A DNA stretch of 64,000 nt from contig OY969622.1 of the NCBI GenBank assembly GCA_963701665.1, positions 192,001 through 256,000 on the forward strand, given 5' to 3'. The position numbers were made by a program, and so were the translations under genes. This stretch comes from Candidatus Babeliales bacterium. GTDB lineage: Bacteria > Babelota > Babeliae > Babelales > JANWKD01. Position 1 is the first letter of the stretch; the number at the start of each line of letters is the position of its first letter. A model generated the notes under the pieces. The model was not told the origin of the DNA, made no database searches, and was given only the letters and a program-made list of their open reading frames with translations. Below are positions 48,597-59,265 of the stretch, piece by piece.

Positions 48597-50269
48597 TAAA
48601 ATATTATAAAGTCCGCAGCGCAGCTGTTTTTTTAATCTTTTGTGCCGGGTATTGTGTGATCGTTGCCAACTTATATATTTTGCAAATATGCAAAAACGAT
48701 TTTTTTACACAACTTGGTAATCAACAATATCACATTACGACAAAAACAATGCCACAACGTGCTTCTATTTATGATCGTAATGGTCAATACTTGGCGATCA
48801 ATCAAGAAAGTTATGCGGCATTTTTGACGCCACATGATCTTAATTCTGTCGAAAAGGTTGAGCAGTTTCTCAAAAAACATTTTCCAAAGGCATTGCATCG
48901 TTTGCATGAACATGCTCAAAGCCATTTTTTATATGTCAAACGGCGTCTGACTCCCGAACAAAAAGAACTCATAGAAAAAGAAGCGCCAGCCGATATTAAA
49001 TTATTGAAAGAACCAAGCAGGTTTTATCCTTTTAGCGCAGCAGCACAACTTGTTGGCCTAACCGATAGCGATACAAAAGGATTATTTGGCGTTGAACTCA
49101 TCTGCAACAAAGAGTTAGCAGGCGAGCCGACAACCGTGTCATTACAAAAAGACGCGCGTTCAGGACATTTTTATTTTGCAAAAGAAACAAAAGTTGAAGG
49201 AAACGAGGGCGCTGATATTCATGTAACGCTCGACGCAGATATTCAACATTTAGTTATGGAAGAACTGAAAACGAGTGTCGAATCATTGCACGCGCAGGAA
49301 GGTGCTGCACTCGTTATGGATCCGACAAACGGGCAGATTATTGCCATGGCAAGTTATCCAGACTTTGATCCGAATAGTCGTCATCACCTGGATTTAGAAA
49401 CGACAAAAAATAAACTTTTAACCGAAAGTTATGAATTAGGCTCGGTGATGAAAATTGTGGTGACGTTAGCATTGCTCGAAGAACAATTAGTAAATCCCGA
49501 TGAAGAAGTTGATTGTGAAAATACGAGCCGCGGTACGGTGAACGGTGTTACCTTTTCAACATGGCGAGCGCATGGTATTTTACCGTTTTCCGAAATCATT
49601 CAACGCTCGAATAATATTGGTATTGCAAAAGTTGCTGCGCGCCTTGGGCCTTTATTATATGATCATTATATAAAAATGGGCTTTGGCTCAAAAACAGCGC
49701 TCAATTGGCCGGGTGAACAAGCAGGATTTGTTAATCCACCCGAGCGTTGGACACGACCTTCACTCGTTTCATTATCATTTGGGTATGAAAGCCGCGCAAC
49801 GTTGATGCAACTTGCACAACTTTTTACCATGATCGCAAATCACGGTGTTTTTGTAACGCCAACACTCTTTTTGCAAGAAGAAGCTCAAAAAGAACAACGG
49901 TATAGCAGCAGAGCCGTTGATCAAGTGCGTACAATTCTTGAAAAAACAGTGACGCATGGTACTGCGCATAAAGCAAAACTTGAAGGATATTCTGTAATGG
50001 GCAAAACAGGCACCGCAATCAAAGTTATTGATGGCCGGTACGATCCCGCGCATAATATTTATACTTTTGCAGGTATTATTGAAAAAGATAATTATAAACG
50101 AGTGATCGTAACCTTTATCAATGATGCGCATGTTGCGCGCAATGTCTATGCATCAACGATCGCTGTGCCATTATTCGAGCGCATTGCGCACGATGTTCTT
50201 TTGCATGATACTATAATTACCAAGGAAATCAGTGAAAATCCAAAAAACGACGACATTCATTCCAGCTGA
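48593..50269 (+). CDS. ftsI: Class B penicillin-binding protein (FtsI/PBP3-like)
   Basis: RA.IYDRNG, SVMK, SNN, GKTGT motifs. Confidence 0.85.
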   Translation: MIKYYKVRSAAVFLIFCAGYCVIVANLYILQICKNDFFTQLGNQQYHITTKTMPQRASIYDRNGQYLAINQESYAAFLTPHDLNSVEKVEQFLKKHFPKALHRLHEHAQSHFLYVKRRLTPEQKELIEKEAPADIKLLKEPSRFYPFSAAAQLVGLTDSDTKGLFGVELICNKELAGEPTTVSLQKDARSGHFYFAKETKVEGNEGADIHVTLDADIQHLVMEELKTSVESLHAQEGAALVMDPTNGQIIAMASYPDFDPNSRHHLDLETTKNKLLTESYELGSVMKIVVTLALLEEQLVNPDEEVDCENTSRGTVNGVTFSTWRAHGILPFSEIIQRSNNIGIAKVAARLGPLLYDHYIKMGFGSKTALNWPGEQAGFVNPPERWTRPSLVSLSFGYESRATLMQLAQLFTMIANHGVFVTPTLFLQEEAQKEQRYSSRAVDQVRTILEKTVTHGTAHKAKLEGYSVMGKTGTAIKVIDGRYDPAHNIYTFAGIIEKDNYKRVIVTFINDAHVARNVYASTIAVPLFERIAHDVLLHDTIITKEISENPKNDDIHSS

Positions 50270-51149
50270 CGTGCCGAGCGCCCAGCATGAGGAATTTATA
50301 AAAAATTATACGGCAATTACGCGATCAACCGGCAACCTCATGTTATTTGCCTGCGATCAAAAAATTGAGCATTTAAATCGAGATTTTTATGGTCCGAACA
50401 TTGATCCTGCTGATAATAATCCTGAACATCTTTTTCAAATTGCTTCACAAGGTGATATTGGCGCATTTGCTACCCATTTAGGCTTAATAGCGCAGTATGG
50501 TGCTTCGTATAAAAACGTGCACTATATTGTTAAAATGAATGGCAAAACTGATTTAGTAAAAACAATGCAACGCGATCCTCTTAGCCACCAACTATGGACA
50601 CTCAAACAAATCCTTTCATTTAAGCAAAATACCGGGTTATCAATTTGCGGTGTTGGGTATACCATATACCCGGGCAGTGAGTATGAACCAGCTATGTTGC
50701 GCGAAGCAGCAGAATTAATCTATGAAGCGCATCAACATGGTCTTATTACTATTTTGTGGGCATATCCACGTGGCAAAGCAGTGATACGCGAACACGCGCC
50801 TGATATCATTGCGGGTGCTGCTGGCCTTGCTGCATCGCTTGGTGCTGATTTTGTAAAATTAAATCAGCCCGAAGCAGCAGGAAAATTATCCGCAAATCAA
50901 GCACTCAAAATTGCCGTGCAAGCGGCGGGAAAAACCAAAGTAATTATTTCCGGCGGAGCTGCCCAAGACCCGCGCCAATTTTTGCAAGAATTATATGAAC
51001 AACTGCGCGAGGGCGGAACTGCTGGTAATGCAACCGGACGTAACATTCATCAGCGCTCGTTATCGCAAGCGCTCGCCATGACACGCGCTATTTCTTCCCT
51101 CGTTTTTTCAAATTCGAGTGTTGATGATGCATTGAAGAATTTTCAGTAA
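50232..51149 (+). CDS. Class I fructose-bisphosphate aldolase (DhnA type)
   Basis: DQKIEH, W.YPRG, LGADFVK, GG, GRNIHQ. Confidence 0.9.
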   Translation: MKIQKTTTFIPADVPSAQHEEFIKNYTAITRSTGNLMLFACDQKIEHLNRDFYGPNIDPADNNPEHLFQIASQGDIGAFATHLGLIAQYGASYKNVHYIVKMNGKTDLVKTMQRDPLSHQLWTLKQILSFKQNTGLSICGVGYTIYPGSEYEPAMLREAAELIYEAHQHGLITILWAYPRGKAVIREHAPDIIAGAAGLAASLGADFVKLNQPEAAGKLSANQALKIAVQAAGKTKVIISGGAAQDPRQFLQELYEQLREGGTAGNATGRNIHQRSLSQALAMTRAISSLVFSNSSVDDALKNFQ

Positions 51150-51223
51150 AAAAGGGACCTTGTTTTTCTTGACAACCTATCCTAAGCTAATCAACAGCAT
51201 GTGCTTAAAAAAGGAAAACAAGC

Positions 51224-52762
51224 ATGAGAAAAATTCTTTTAAGTATTCTGGTATGGGTAGTATGGATACAGAATTCTTATGCCTACAATACAAATTTAAC
51301 GACAGGTTGTTCTGAAAATTTATCGTATTGCCCTCCTGGTTGTGGTGTAGCACGTACCTTTATATTGACACGCCCAGTCTACCGTAATATTGCAGCACAA
51401 TGGTCGTTATGGCACGATGTTGTTTTTAATGCTTGTCAACCGCAAACGTTTGGATTTCAAATATTGCCCATTTTTCAACGCACATTAGGATCAGGCAAAG
51501 TTACTCGTTACTTTTTATTTGATGATGTGCTGCCATGCACCTACAACGACAATTCAGATTTTCTTGTTGTTAAAGGCGATGATGCGGATAACGGTAATCA
51601 ATATAGCCGTGATATTCGTGCTGAATGGATCAATTTGCCCAGTACATTTGCTGGTAGTTTTACCGTTCGTCCAAAACAAGAGGAAGCTGCCGTTTGGCTT
51701 GAAGCATATTACAGTCTTCGTGATACTTTTGAATCTCCTGTTTTAAAAAGTTGCTGGCTCTCTGTTGCATTACCCATCCATTATATGAAAACAGACATTA
51801 ATTTAACTGAATACCCCTCACAACCCACGGTGACTCCTCGGCCAATCGCTCCTACGTCAATTGCTGAGGCGCTTTCAAATCCAGCATGGAATTTTGCAAA
51901 ATTTGGTCCCTCAAAAAAAGAATTTGATGTTGCAGAACTTAATCTGAAAATTGGCAGCAATTTTTTAGATCAAGATGGCTTTCAATTATGTATTTATTCT
52001 TCTGCGGTTGCGCCGTTGCATGGCTACAACAATCCAGGATTTGTGTTTAGTCCCGTGCTAGGAACTAATCGTCATTTTGGGTATGGCACGGGATTAATTT
52101 TGCAGTTACCGATGACCAATGATTGTAATTCTTGTTTTATGGCATTCTTTTTTGAAATTGAAAACATTTATTTTTTCAGAGACTCACAAAAAAGAACCTT
52201 CGATCTAAAATTAAAACCATGGTCACGCTATTTGTTGCTCGTTAATGAAGATGGCAGAACCAATATTCCCGCGGTAAATATTCTGACGCGTGGTGCGCGT
52301 ATACGCCCGTTTAATATGGTTGATATGACAACTGGCGTTCGTTATCAATCGGGTGGCCTTGAAATGGAATTAGGTCTTGATGTATGGGCGCGTGGGCGTG
52401 AAGATGTGAAATTAAAAGAATGTTTTCCCTGCGGCTATGGCATTCAAGGTGTAGGTTTTCTATCGGGCACTAATATTCCAGCAACAGCAAATATGAGCAC
52501 GATTGGTGTTTTGGCTCCTAATGATGTTATTCCTTTTACAACAACTGAGATCTTTGTTCCTATTACCGAAAATGATATTGAATTAACCTCAGCTGCTGCA
52601 CGTGGTGCTATTAATTTTAGGCTACATCTAGCGGGTGGCTATTCGGCATCCTGTAATGATACACTCTTCTTTATTGGCTTTGGCGGATTTTTTGAAGTAC
52701 CTAATTATAATACCGATTTCAAACGCTATGGAGCGTGGGGAAAAATTGGATTCGGTTTTTAA
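51224..52762 (+). CDS. Large putative outer-membrane protein
   Basis: Signal peptide, aromatic-rich strands, ends WGKIGFGF. Confidence 0.65.
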   Translation: MRKILLSILVWVVWIQNSYAYNTNLTTGCSENLSYCPPGCGVARTFILTRPVYRNIAAQWSLWHDVVFNACQPQTFGFQILPIFQRTLGSGKVTRYFLFDDVLPCTYNDNSDFLVVKGDDADNGNQYSRDIRAEWINLPSTFAGSFTVRPKQEEAAVWLEAYYSLRDTFESPVLKSCWLSVALPIHYMKTDINLTEYPSQPTVTPRPIAPTSIAEALSNPAWNFAKFGPSKKEFDVAELNLKIGSNFLDQDGFQLCIYSSAVAPLHGYNNPGFVFSPVLGTNRHFGYGTGLILQLPMTNDCNSCFMAFFFEIENIYFFRDSQKRTFDLKLKPWSRYLLLVNEDGRTNIPAVNILTRGARIRPFNMVDMTTGVRYQSGGLEMELGLDVWARGREDVKLKECFPCGYGIQGVGFLSGTNIPATANMSTIGVLAPNDVIPFTTTEIFVPITENDIELTSAAARGAINFRLHLAGGYSASCNDTLFFIGFGGFFEVPNYNTDFKRYGAWGKIGFGF

Positions 52763-52927
52763 CTACCAATAATCTTCTTCGCTTTCATAAACACCATGCG
52801 TGTTTCCATCATCTTCATAAATATCATGATAACGTTCCGGTTTCTTGTCTTTGCGTGATGGTTTTTTGGTAGCGGGCTTTTTTTCTTGTTTCTGTTTTTT
52901 TGTTGGTGGATTTTTCTTTGTTGGCAT
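52763..52927 (-). CDS. 54-aa small protein with basic N-half and acidic C-half (not in ORF track)
   Basis: AGGAG RBS; MPTKKNPPTKKQKQEKKPATKKPSRKDKKPERYHDIYEDDGNTHGVYESEEDYW. Confidence 0.55.
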   Translation of the reverse strand: MPTKKNPPTKKQKQEKKPATKKPSRKDKKPERYHDIYEDDGNTHGVYESEEDYW

Positions 52928-53074
52928 GAGAGCTCCTGTTTTTGTTCATACCGTATCAAAAAAAACGAGCGTCATGCAAGCATCTGGGATAACTATCAGG
53001 CTCATAAGTGAACCTGATAGTATTTATTGTCACGAGCAGTGCCTTAAGCAAGGGTAGAAAACTCGAATAGTGGG

Positions 53075-53491
53075 TTATTGTTGTGCCATCATGGTTACCA
53101 TAACCATGTCATTGGAACAGTGCATTGAACAGCCCCATTGGCCATGCACCATGTGTGTTGACATTGCACCATTGTTGTTGATTGTGACTTCAAATTGAGG
53201 TGCTTCATCCGTAATTTCATCTGCAGGAACAGGTTGTACTTGAACTATGATATTTGCTTCTGGATTTGAAAGTTCTGCAACTGGGTTAGCTTCATCAAGA
53301 ACGAATTCACCCTTCATGCACTGATCAGCAACACAAACATCCATCATAAGTTTTACATCTGCTAGCAACGCATGAGCTGAGAGTAAAGATAAACAAAGTA
53401 ATGTTATTTTTTTCATAGTTTCTCCTAAACAAACTAAAAACAATGCTTTGCTTAAGGTGTGCTCGAGACGATTTTTTGCAATCTTAGACAC
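53075..53491 (-). CDS. Hypothetical exported protein
   Basis: AGGAG RBS before MKKITLL; signal peptide. Confidence 0.65.
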   Translation of the reverse strand: MSKIAKNRLEHTLSKALFLVCLGETMKKITLLCLSLLSAHALLADVKLMMDVCVADQCMKGEFVLDEANPVAELSNPEANIIVQVQPVPADEITDEAPQFEVTINNNGAMSTHMVHGQWGCSMHCSNDMVMVTMMAQQ

Positions 53492-53642
53492 AATATAATC
53501 TTCGAGATGTATTTGTCAATTACCTATTTTTCCCTGGGGGCCAATGAACGTGATTATAGGCATTATATGGGCTTAAAAATGGCCTTATTGGGGGGGAAAG
53601 GGGGGCTATCTGAAAATATATGGCAACCCTTACTGTTTAAAA

Positions 53643-53670
53643 TTGACAAATATAAAATATAAGGTATTCT
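53643..53670 (+). promoter_or_regulatory. Sigma70-like promoter of the J-domain array
   Basis: TTGACA-16bp-TATTCT upstream of the first gene. Confidence 0.5.
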
Positions 53671-53706
53671 ATAGGTATACCAAGCATTATAGAGAATGGA
53701 GTTTTT

Positions 53707-56265
53707 ATGAATAAAAATATAGTTTTTTTGATGTTTTTAACCTGTTTTACAGGTTTATTCGCTATGGAAGATCGTTCTAAACCTCAGTCTAATACCATTG
53801 AGCAAAGGCCGACACCATATCAATTTTTAGGTATAGATAAAACAGCAGAGGCAGGGGACATAAAGAAATCCTATGTTCAATTAGCAAAACAGTATCATCC
53901 TGATAAAGCTAAGGGTGATACAGCTGTGGCAGCAGAGTATTTCAAAGTAGTACAATACGCTTATGAAGCACTTACCAAAAACAATGCAATAAACACAGAG
54001 CATGCTAAAAATGATTGGCAAGATTGGGTCAATGAACCCGCAAATATGATGATTAAATCGGCGGCAGAAAAACTACAGGCTGAAATTAAACAAAATCTTG
54101 ATAATAATCAGAATTTGGTAACTATAAAAAAATTAATATTTGATGCGTGTACTTATTATGAGACGCATCTTTCGTGGGTTGATACGACAAGCCAAAAACT
54201 TTTAAAGCGTCTAATGATCGAAAATTATGTTGAACTAACAAGAAGAGTAATAAGAACTAACGATGCAGGTGCGCAAGGAGAAGTATATGAGGCATTCATA
54301 AGAATACGCCCTCATATAAACGATATTGAGGCAGACTTAAAAGAAATAGATAAGTTACTTGATGCATGTCGAGCAAAACGTGATGCGGGCAAAAAAAATC
54401 TTCAGCCAAAGTCGAATCAGACGAGTGTTGCTTTCATGGATTCTGGGGATCTTTATGCTATTTTGGAGATAAGCCCTCTTGCAAACCAAGAAGAAATAAA
54501 CAATGCCTTTCTAAAATTGCAGACAAAATATAAGCCTTATTCATTTGCAGAAGGATCGCAAGAACGTAAGCGAGCAGAATACCAATTTAAGCCGATCTGG
54601 GATGCATTTGATACATTGGGTAATAAACAAAGAAGAGCTATCTACGATAAAAAAAGATTAAAAGCATTTGATACTTCCGCACAAAATACAGAACAACCTT
54701 CGAGAAAAAGACCCTCAGAGAATGATGGAAAAAATGCTCGCCCTGAAAAATTCGCAAAGCAAGATAATACTCAAAAGTCTTCAAAAGATGACGAAAATAT
54801 AAAGAAATTAATAAATGCGATAAACAGTGAAAATAATGCCGTGGATAACTATATAACAAACATGGGACGCAGCGAAAATATTGAACTTAATCCCCATGAA
54901 TTTTTTGAAAAAATTTGTCAGCAATATAATAAAACATTGAAGTTTCTTACTGCTACTACAAAACATGCCGATTTTTTACAACAATATAAGGACCTTGCCG
55001 ATGTAATTAATGAAACAAGCAAAAACTTTTATAGTGCTGCCAATTTTGTATATGAAAAAGGCAAAGATAAGGGATGGTTCTTATATTCGCTTCAGAAAGC
55101 ATGTGAACTGAACGAGCTTGCATTACAGTGTGCAAAGTATTTGCAATCAATTGAAGGTGAAAAAATTATGGAGAGTTGCCGCAAGCAACACAATGTTTTT
55201 ATAAAATACTTAATTGATTTATACGAAAGTTTTGATTATTTAGAGCTGTTTTTTACTGATTTATCTATTCCAGTGCATTATCGTAATAATACATTCACCA
55301 TTTTAAAAGAAGATTGTAAAAAAGAGGAATTTTCAGTTTTGAAAGAAAAATTGCCTAAGCTTTCCTATAGCATCGCTGAACATTATTTTAACCAAGGATT
55401 ATATGAAGATGCAAAAAAACTGGTTATTGCTCTTATTCGAGGCAACATGACAAGAGACAGAACAAGGTTAAGAAAAAGCAAAGATTTATTAAATAAAATT
55501 AAAGCTGCGTCTGCAGCTAAAATGGAGCAAGAAAGTGTTTATTTCTTGAATCGGTTTGAAAATGATACTCACGCGCTGAGTAATGTAATTAGATCTTATA
55601 AAATTAATAAGTCTAATGATGAGCAAACGCTATTAGCAATTCGCAACAACTGCAAACAATATGTTGATTTCATTTGGTCGAATCGCGAGCAGACTCTTTC
55701 GCCTCAAACGTATACAAATATTCTGGATAATTGTATGCAGATCATGCATGATTTACAGGAAGCAAAGCTATTCTATCCTGAATGCATAGAGCTAGTATCC
55801 CTTTGTCTCAATTTCCCTTGGAAAAACCCAGAGATTCTTAAAGAAAGTATAGAGCCCATGAGTAATTATGCTCTTGGAGCGATACTTTCTGAAGTACAAT
55901 TCACACCAGAGGATTTGAAAGATGATAAAAAATTATCGTCACTCGCTCAGAAAATGCTTTCTGAAAATCAATGTAATTTTTTTGTTAGAACGTTAGGATA
56001 CATTCGTTCTCCGAATACCTATGAAAGTGCTACCAATGCTATTCTTAAATGTTACTTTGCTTTAGCCGAACAGTTGAGCGATCATGGTAATTATTCTGAT
56101 GCACTTTTAATGCTTGATACTGCGATGCTGCGATATCGCATGGGTAGTTTACGAGAAAATTTTGAGAGTTTAAAAGCTCAGGTATGCGTATTACAAGACT
56201 TGCAAAATCCAACTAGCTTTGATGAAGACGAATTATTAAAAGAACTGTTTGAACAACATAATTGA
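53707..56265 (+). CDS. Exported protein with two J-domains (first with HPD)
   Basis: Signal peptide then ME; PY.FLG...IKK.Y..LA..YHPDK; second J-like domain lacks HPD. Confidence 0.85.
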   Translation: MNKNIVFLMFLTCFTGLFAMEDRSKPQSNTIEQRPTPYQFLGIDKTAEAGDIKKSYVQLAKQYHPDKAKGDTAVAAEYFKVVQYAYEALTKNNAINTEHAKNDWQDWVNEPANMMIKSAAEKLQAEIKQNLDNNQNLVTIKKLIFDACTYYETHLSWVDTTSQKLLKRLMIENYVELTRRVIRTNDAGAQGEVYEAFIRIRPHINDIEADLKEIDKLLDACRAKRDAGKKNLQPKSNQTSVAFMDSGDLYAILEISPLANQEEINNAFLKLQTKYKPYSFAEGSQERKRAEYQFKPIWDAFDTLGNKQRRAIYDKKRLKAFDTSAQNTEQPSRKRPSENDGKNARPEKFAKQDNTQKSSKDDENIKKLINAINSENNAVDNYITNMGRSENIELNPHEFFEKICQQYNKTLKFLTATTKHADFLQQYKDLADVINETSKNFYSAANFVYEKGKDKGWFLYSLQKACELNELALQCAKYLQSIEGEKIMESCRKQHNVFIKYLIDLYESFDYLELFFTDLSIPVHYRNNTFTILKEDCKKEEFSVLKEKLPKLSYSIAEHYFNQGLYEDAKKLVIALIRGNMTRDRTRLRKSKDLLNKIKAASAAKMEQESVYFLNRFENDTHALSNVIRSYKINKSNDEQTLLAIRNNCKQYVDFIWSNREQTLSPQTYTNILDNCMQIMHDLQEAKLFYPECIELVSLCLNFPWKNPEILKESIEPMSNYALGAILSEVQFTPEDLKDDKKLSSLAQKMLSENQCNFFVRTLGYIRSPNTYESATNAILKCYFALAEQLSDHGNYSDALLMLDTAMLRYRMGSLRENFESLKAQVCVLQDLQNPTSFDEDELLKELFEQHN

Positions 56266-56302
56266 TACTAAAGGGAGCCTGAATACTTAAAATGGAGTTT
56301 TT

Positions 56303-59239
56303 ATGAATAAAAATATAGCTTTTTTGATGTTTTTATCCTGTTTTACAGGGTTATTTGCTATGGAAGAGCGCCCTCGGGCCCAGTTCGTTGCATTGACCCC
56401 TTATGATTTTTTAGGCCTCGACAAAACAGCAAAACCTGAAGATATAACAAAAAGTTACAGAAAATTAGCATCTGTAATTCATCCCGATAAATCTAAAAAG
56501 CCCATGGCTGAAGAGTGCTTCAAAGCAATTTGTAATGCTCATGAAGTGCTTGGCGACGATAAAGTGAAAGCTTATTACGATGAGCAGGATTGGCAAGGTT
56601 GGACAAATCCTGCATCCAGTACTGTAGTGGATAGTGAAGTTATGAAGATACATGCCCGTCAAGAAGCACTTGAAGTACATATAAGAAATAATCCGTGGGA
56701 CTTAGCAACAATAATGAAAATGACGAATGAAGCATGTAATTATTATGAGAAGTATTTTTCAAGAGCTAATGAAGAAGGTCAAAAACTTTTAAAGAATCTT
56801 GTGATAACAAATCGCCTTGAGTTAGCAAAAATGATGATTGGTACTAATGATACTAATGAACAGCAACAAGCGAGAGAGCAGCTTGAAAGAATACGAATTC
56901 ATGCAACTGAAATTCAATCGCCATTTCTTCAAGAAATAAATCAATTATTATCACGCTATATTCCCTCGCCGAGTCCGAAGCAGAAACAATCAAGTTATAC
57001 AGATTTCGATCTAATTTGTACTGCATATGAAAGTTTGAGATTTAGACGTACAGCCTTGGATAAGAAAGAATTAGAGATATGTAGTCAGATTTTAGGTGTA
57101 AGCTGTCGTGCACATATTAAAACAATAGAAGCCGCTTATAGGCATTTGGTTAGTCTAGGCGACTTATTGGCATCGAATTTATCGCTACAGCAAGTGCAGG
57201 CGTTACAATCAATGCGTGCGGCAAAAACAGGAACAGCAAATCGATCCGAAAATATGCGAGATCCTTACGAGATCTTAGGGATACGTAACGGTTCAGATTA
57301 TAAGGAAATTGACGCTGCATATCAGGAAAGAAGAATATCGCTATATCTTAAACTTAGCGAATTGAAGAAAGTCTCGGATGCATATACGGTAACTCAAAAT
57401 GAAATAGCCCAAATTGAAGAAGCGTATCGTTATTTAAGAAATCAAAAAACGAGAAATATACATGAAAAAGACACTAGTGGATCTGATCAAAAACAAAATA
57501 TTAATGATACCATACGCAAATATCAAGAGCAGCTTGGAAAACTTTACGGTCAGCGTGCCAATTGGGTGACTATACGAAAATTAGTTGATGAATCTTATGA
57601 GTATTATAGCAATGTTCTCAAAAATCATGGGCCTTTTGAGATGATAAAGGATCATATAGCAAATAATTATGCGAACCTTATACGAGAAGGTCTTAGATTA
57701 CATGAGTTTAATATGTGCTATGTAATTGAGCAAGGTTGGATTAAGAAGATAATCGAGAATACTGAAATCGAATCGGCTAATCGTTCTTATGTAGCAATGC
57801 TAATGCGTGAATATGAACGTAAAAATAAAAATGCTGGATCATATGATAAGCAGAGTTTTGCAAACAGTAATGCACCTGAAGTTAAAGATGATGTACAAAT
57901 CAAAAAACAAATTGTTGATACCATAAATGACTATCAAGAAAGATTAGATAGGCTTTTTAAACACAATCCTCAGGATAATTTTGAAGTTATAAAAACATTA
58001 GTGAATGAATCTTATGGTAAATATATGGAGATTCTTGAAACATGTTTTGATGCGGGACTCCGAGCAAAGATCAAGGGTTGCATATCTGATAATTATACAC
58101 AGCTTATAGTGGTAGGTCTTAACGAACCGCTTGAGGCTCTCATGCGCTGTGCGATAGAGCAGGTATGGTTTGACCGTGTATTGGAAAATGCGCAAATAGG
58201 TTCAAAAAATTATAATTTCGTGAAAGGATTGCTAGATAATCATGGGTCTGGTACACGAACAGAGCAGCAGCCAAGAGATAAACAAAGTGTTCGGTCTCAA
58301 AAGATCAAATCTCAAGAGATTTTAAAAAAAGTTAAAGAGTATCAGGAACGACTTGACGCCTTTTTTCAGGACATCACTCTTATATATAATAAAAAATCAT
58401 CTAATATGGATGAAATAAAATCATTAGTTTATGAGTCTCACGATTATTATAGATCCATTTTAGCATTAGCGTCATCGGAACATGCACATGTTCGTAACAT
58501 GCTTAGAAAACATTTATCAAATAATTATTCGAGACTTGTAAAAAAAGGCCTTTTAGGCTTTGGGATTCAATTGGATTGGGTACAATTGGGAATTGAATAT
58601 TCTGAAGTAGGAACCCCTAATTATATCTATTTAAAACAGATAGAGGCTGAATGCTTTAAGCAACAAAATAACACGAAAAAACGATCGTTCAGCGAGACAA
58701 ATAGCGATACAGATGAGGAAAACGAAACAGAAGAATCTGAAAATGTAGGTCAGCCTCAACAAAAACAAGCAAAAGTTGAACGTGAAAAAGAACAAGAACA
58801 TACAGCATCGGATCAAAATGAGGCTGCAAACAAGCATAGAAGTCCTCATTATTCTTCTATACGACATCAAATTGAAACGATACATGGATTGTTGGATAAA
58901 GGGTTAGATTCAGTTTCTGCTAAGGATGCTGTTATCTCAAGTCCGGGCTATTTTAATAATTTATTACAAAACATACCATCTCGTGATGATCGTAAAAGCG
59001 CTGCTATTGAGATACTTGGACTTTATCAAAAAGTAGTTGAAAAATTGATAGATACGGGCGCCGAGAATACTGCGTGCATTATAATGGATGCTGCAGACGC
59101 ATTAATTAAGAGAGAAATACACAGTGCGCGCGATAGATGCGCTCTGTTAAAAGCTCAAGTATCGGTAATGCAGGGCGTACCAAATTCTGCGGATGAGATA
59201 GATTCATTATTGGATGCGGTGCTTGAAGAGCATAGTTGA
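56303..59239 (+). CDS. Exported protein with an HPD J-domain plus degenerate J-like domains
   Basis: IHPDK; DPYEILG...EI.AAY; internal helical repeats. Confidence 0.85.
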   Translation: MNKNIAFLMFLSCFTGLFAMEERPRAQFVALTPYDFLGLDKTAKPEDITKSYRKLASVIHPDKSKKPMAEECFKAICNAHEVLGDDKVKAYYDEQDWQGWTNPASSTVVDSEVMKIHARQEALEVHIRNNPWDLATIMKMTNEACNYYEKYFSRANEEGQKLLKNLVITNRLELAKMMIGTNDTNEQQQAREQLERIRIHATEIQSPFLQEINQLLSRYIPSPSPKQKQSSYTDFDLICTAYESLRFRRTALDKKELEICSQILGVSCRAHIKTIEAAYRHLVSLGDLLASNLSLQQVQALQSMRAAKTGTANRSENMRDPYEILGIRNGSDYKEIDAAYQERRISLYLKLSELKKVSDAYTVTQNEIAQIEEAYRYLRNQKTRNIHEKDTSGSDQKQNINDTIRKYQEQLGKLYGQRANWVTIRKLVDESYEYYSNVLKNHGPFEMIKDHIANNYANLIREGLRLHEFNMCYVIEQGWIKKIIENTEIESANRSYVAMLMREYERKNKNAGSYDKQSFANSNAPEVKDDVQIKKQIVDTINDYQERLDRLFKHNPQDNFEVIKTLVNESYGKYMEILETCFDAGLRAKIKGCISDNYTQLIVVGLNEPLEALMRCAIEQVWFDRVLENAQIGSKNYNFVKGLLDNHGSGTRTEQQPRDKQSVRSQKIKSQEILKKVKEYQERLDAFFQDITLIYNKKSSNMDEIKSLVYESHDYYRSILALASSEHAHVRNMLRKHLSNNYSRLVKKGLLGFGIQLDWVQLGIEYSEVGTPNYIYLKQIEAECFKQQNNTKKRSFSETNSDTDEENETEESENVGQPQQKQAKVEREKEQEHTASDQNEAANKHRSPHYSSIRHQIETIHGLLDKGLDSVSAKDAVISSPGYFNNLLQNIPSRDDRKSAAIEILGLYQKVVEKLIDTGAENTACIIMDAADALIKREIHSARDRCALLKAQVSVMQGVPNSADEIDSLLDAVLEEHS

Positions 59240-59265
59240 TAGTATAGATATAAAATGGAGTTTTT

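Noticed and set aside
52759..53057. ORFs 52759-52959 (-) and 52845-53057 (+)
   Set aside because: No RBS; the alternative-frame 54-aa ORF with AGGAG is the better call
52990..53060. TPP riboswitch (TGAACCTGAT)
   Set aside because: Lacks the CTGAGA motif and has no thiamine gene downstream
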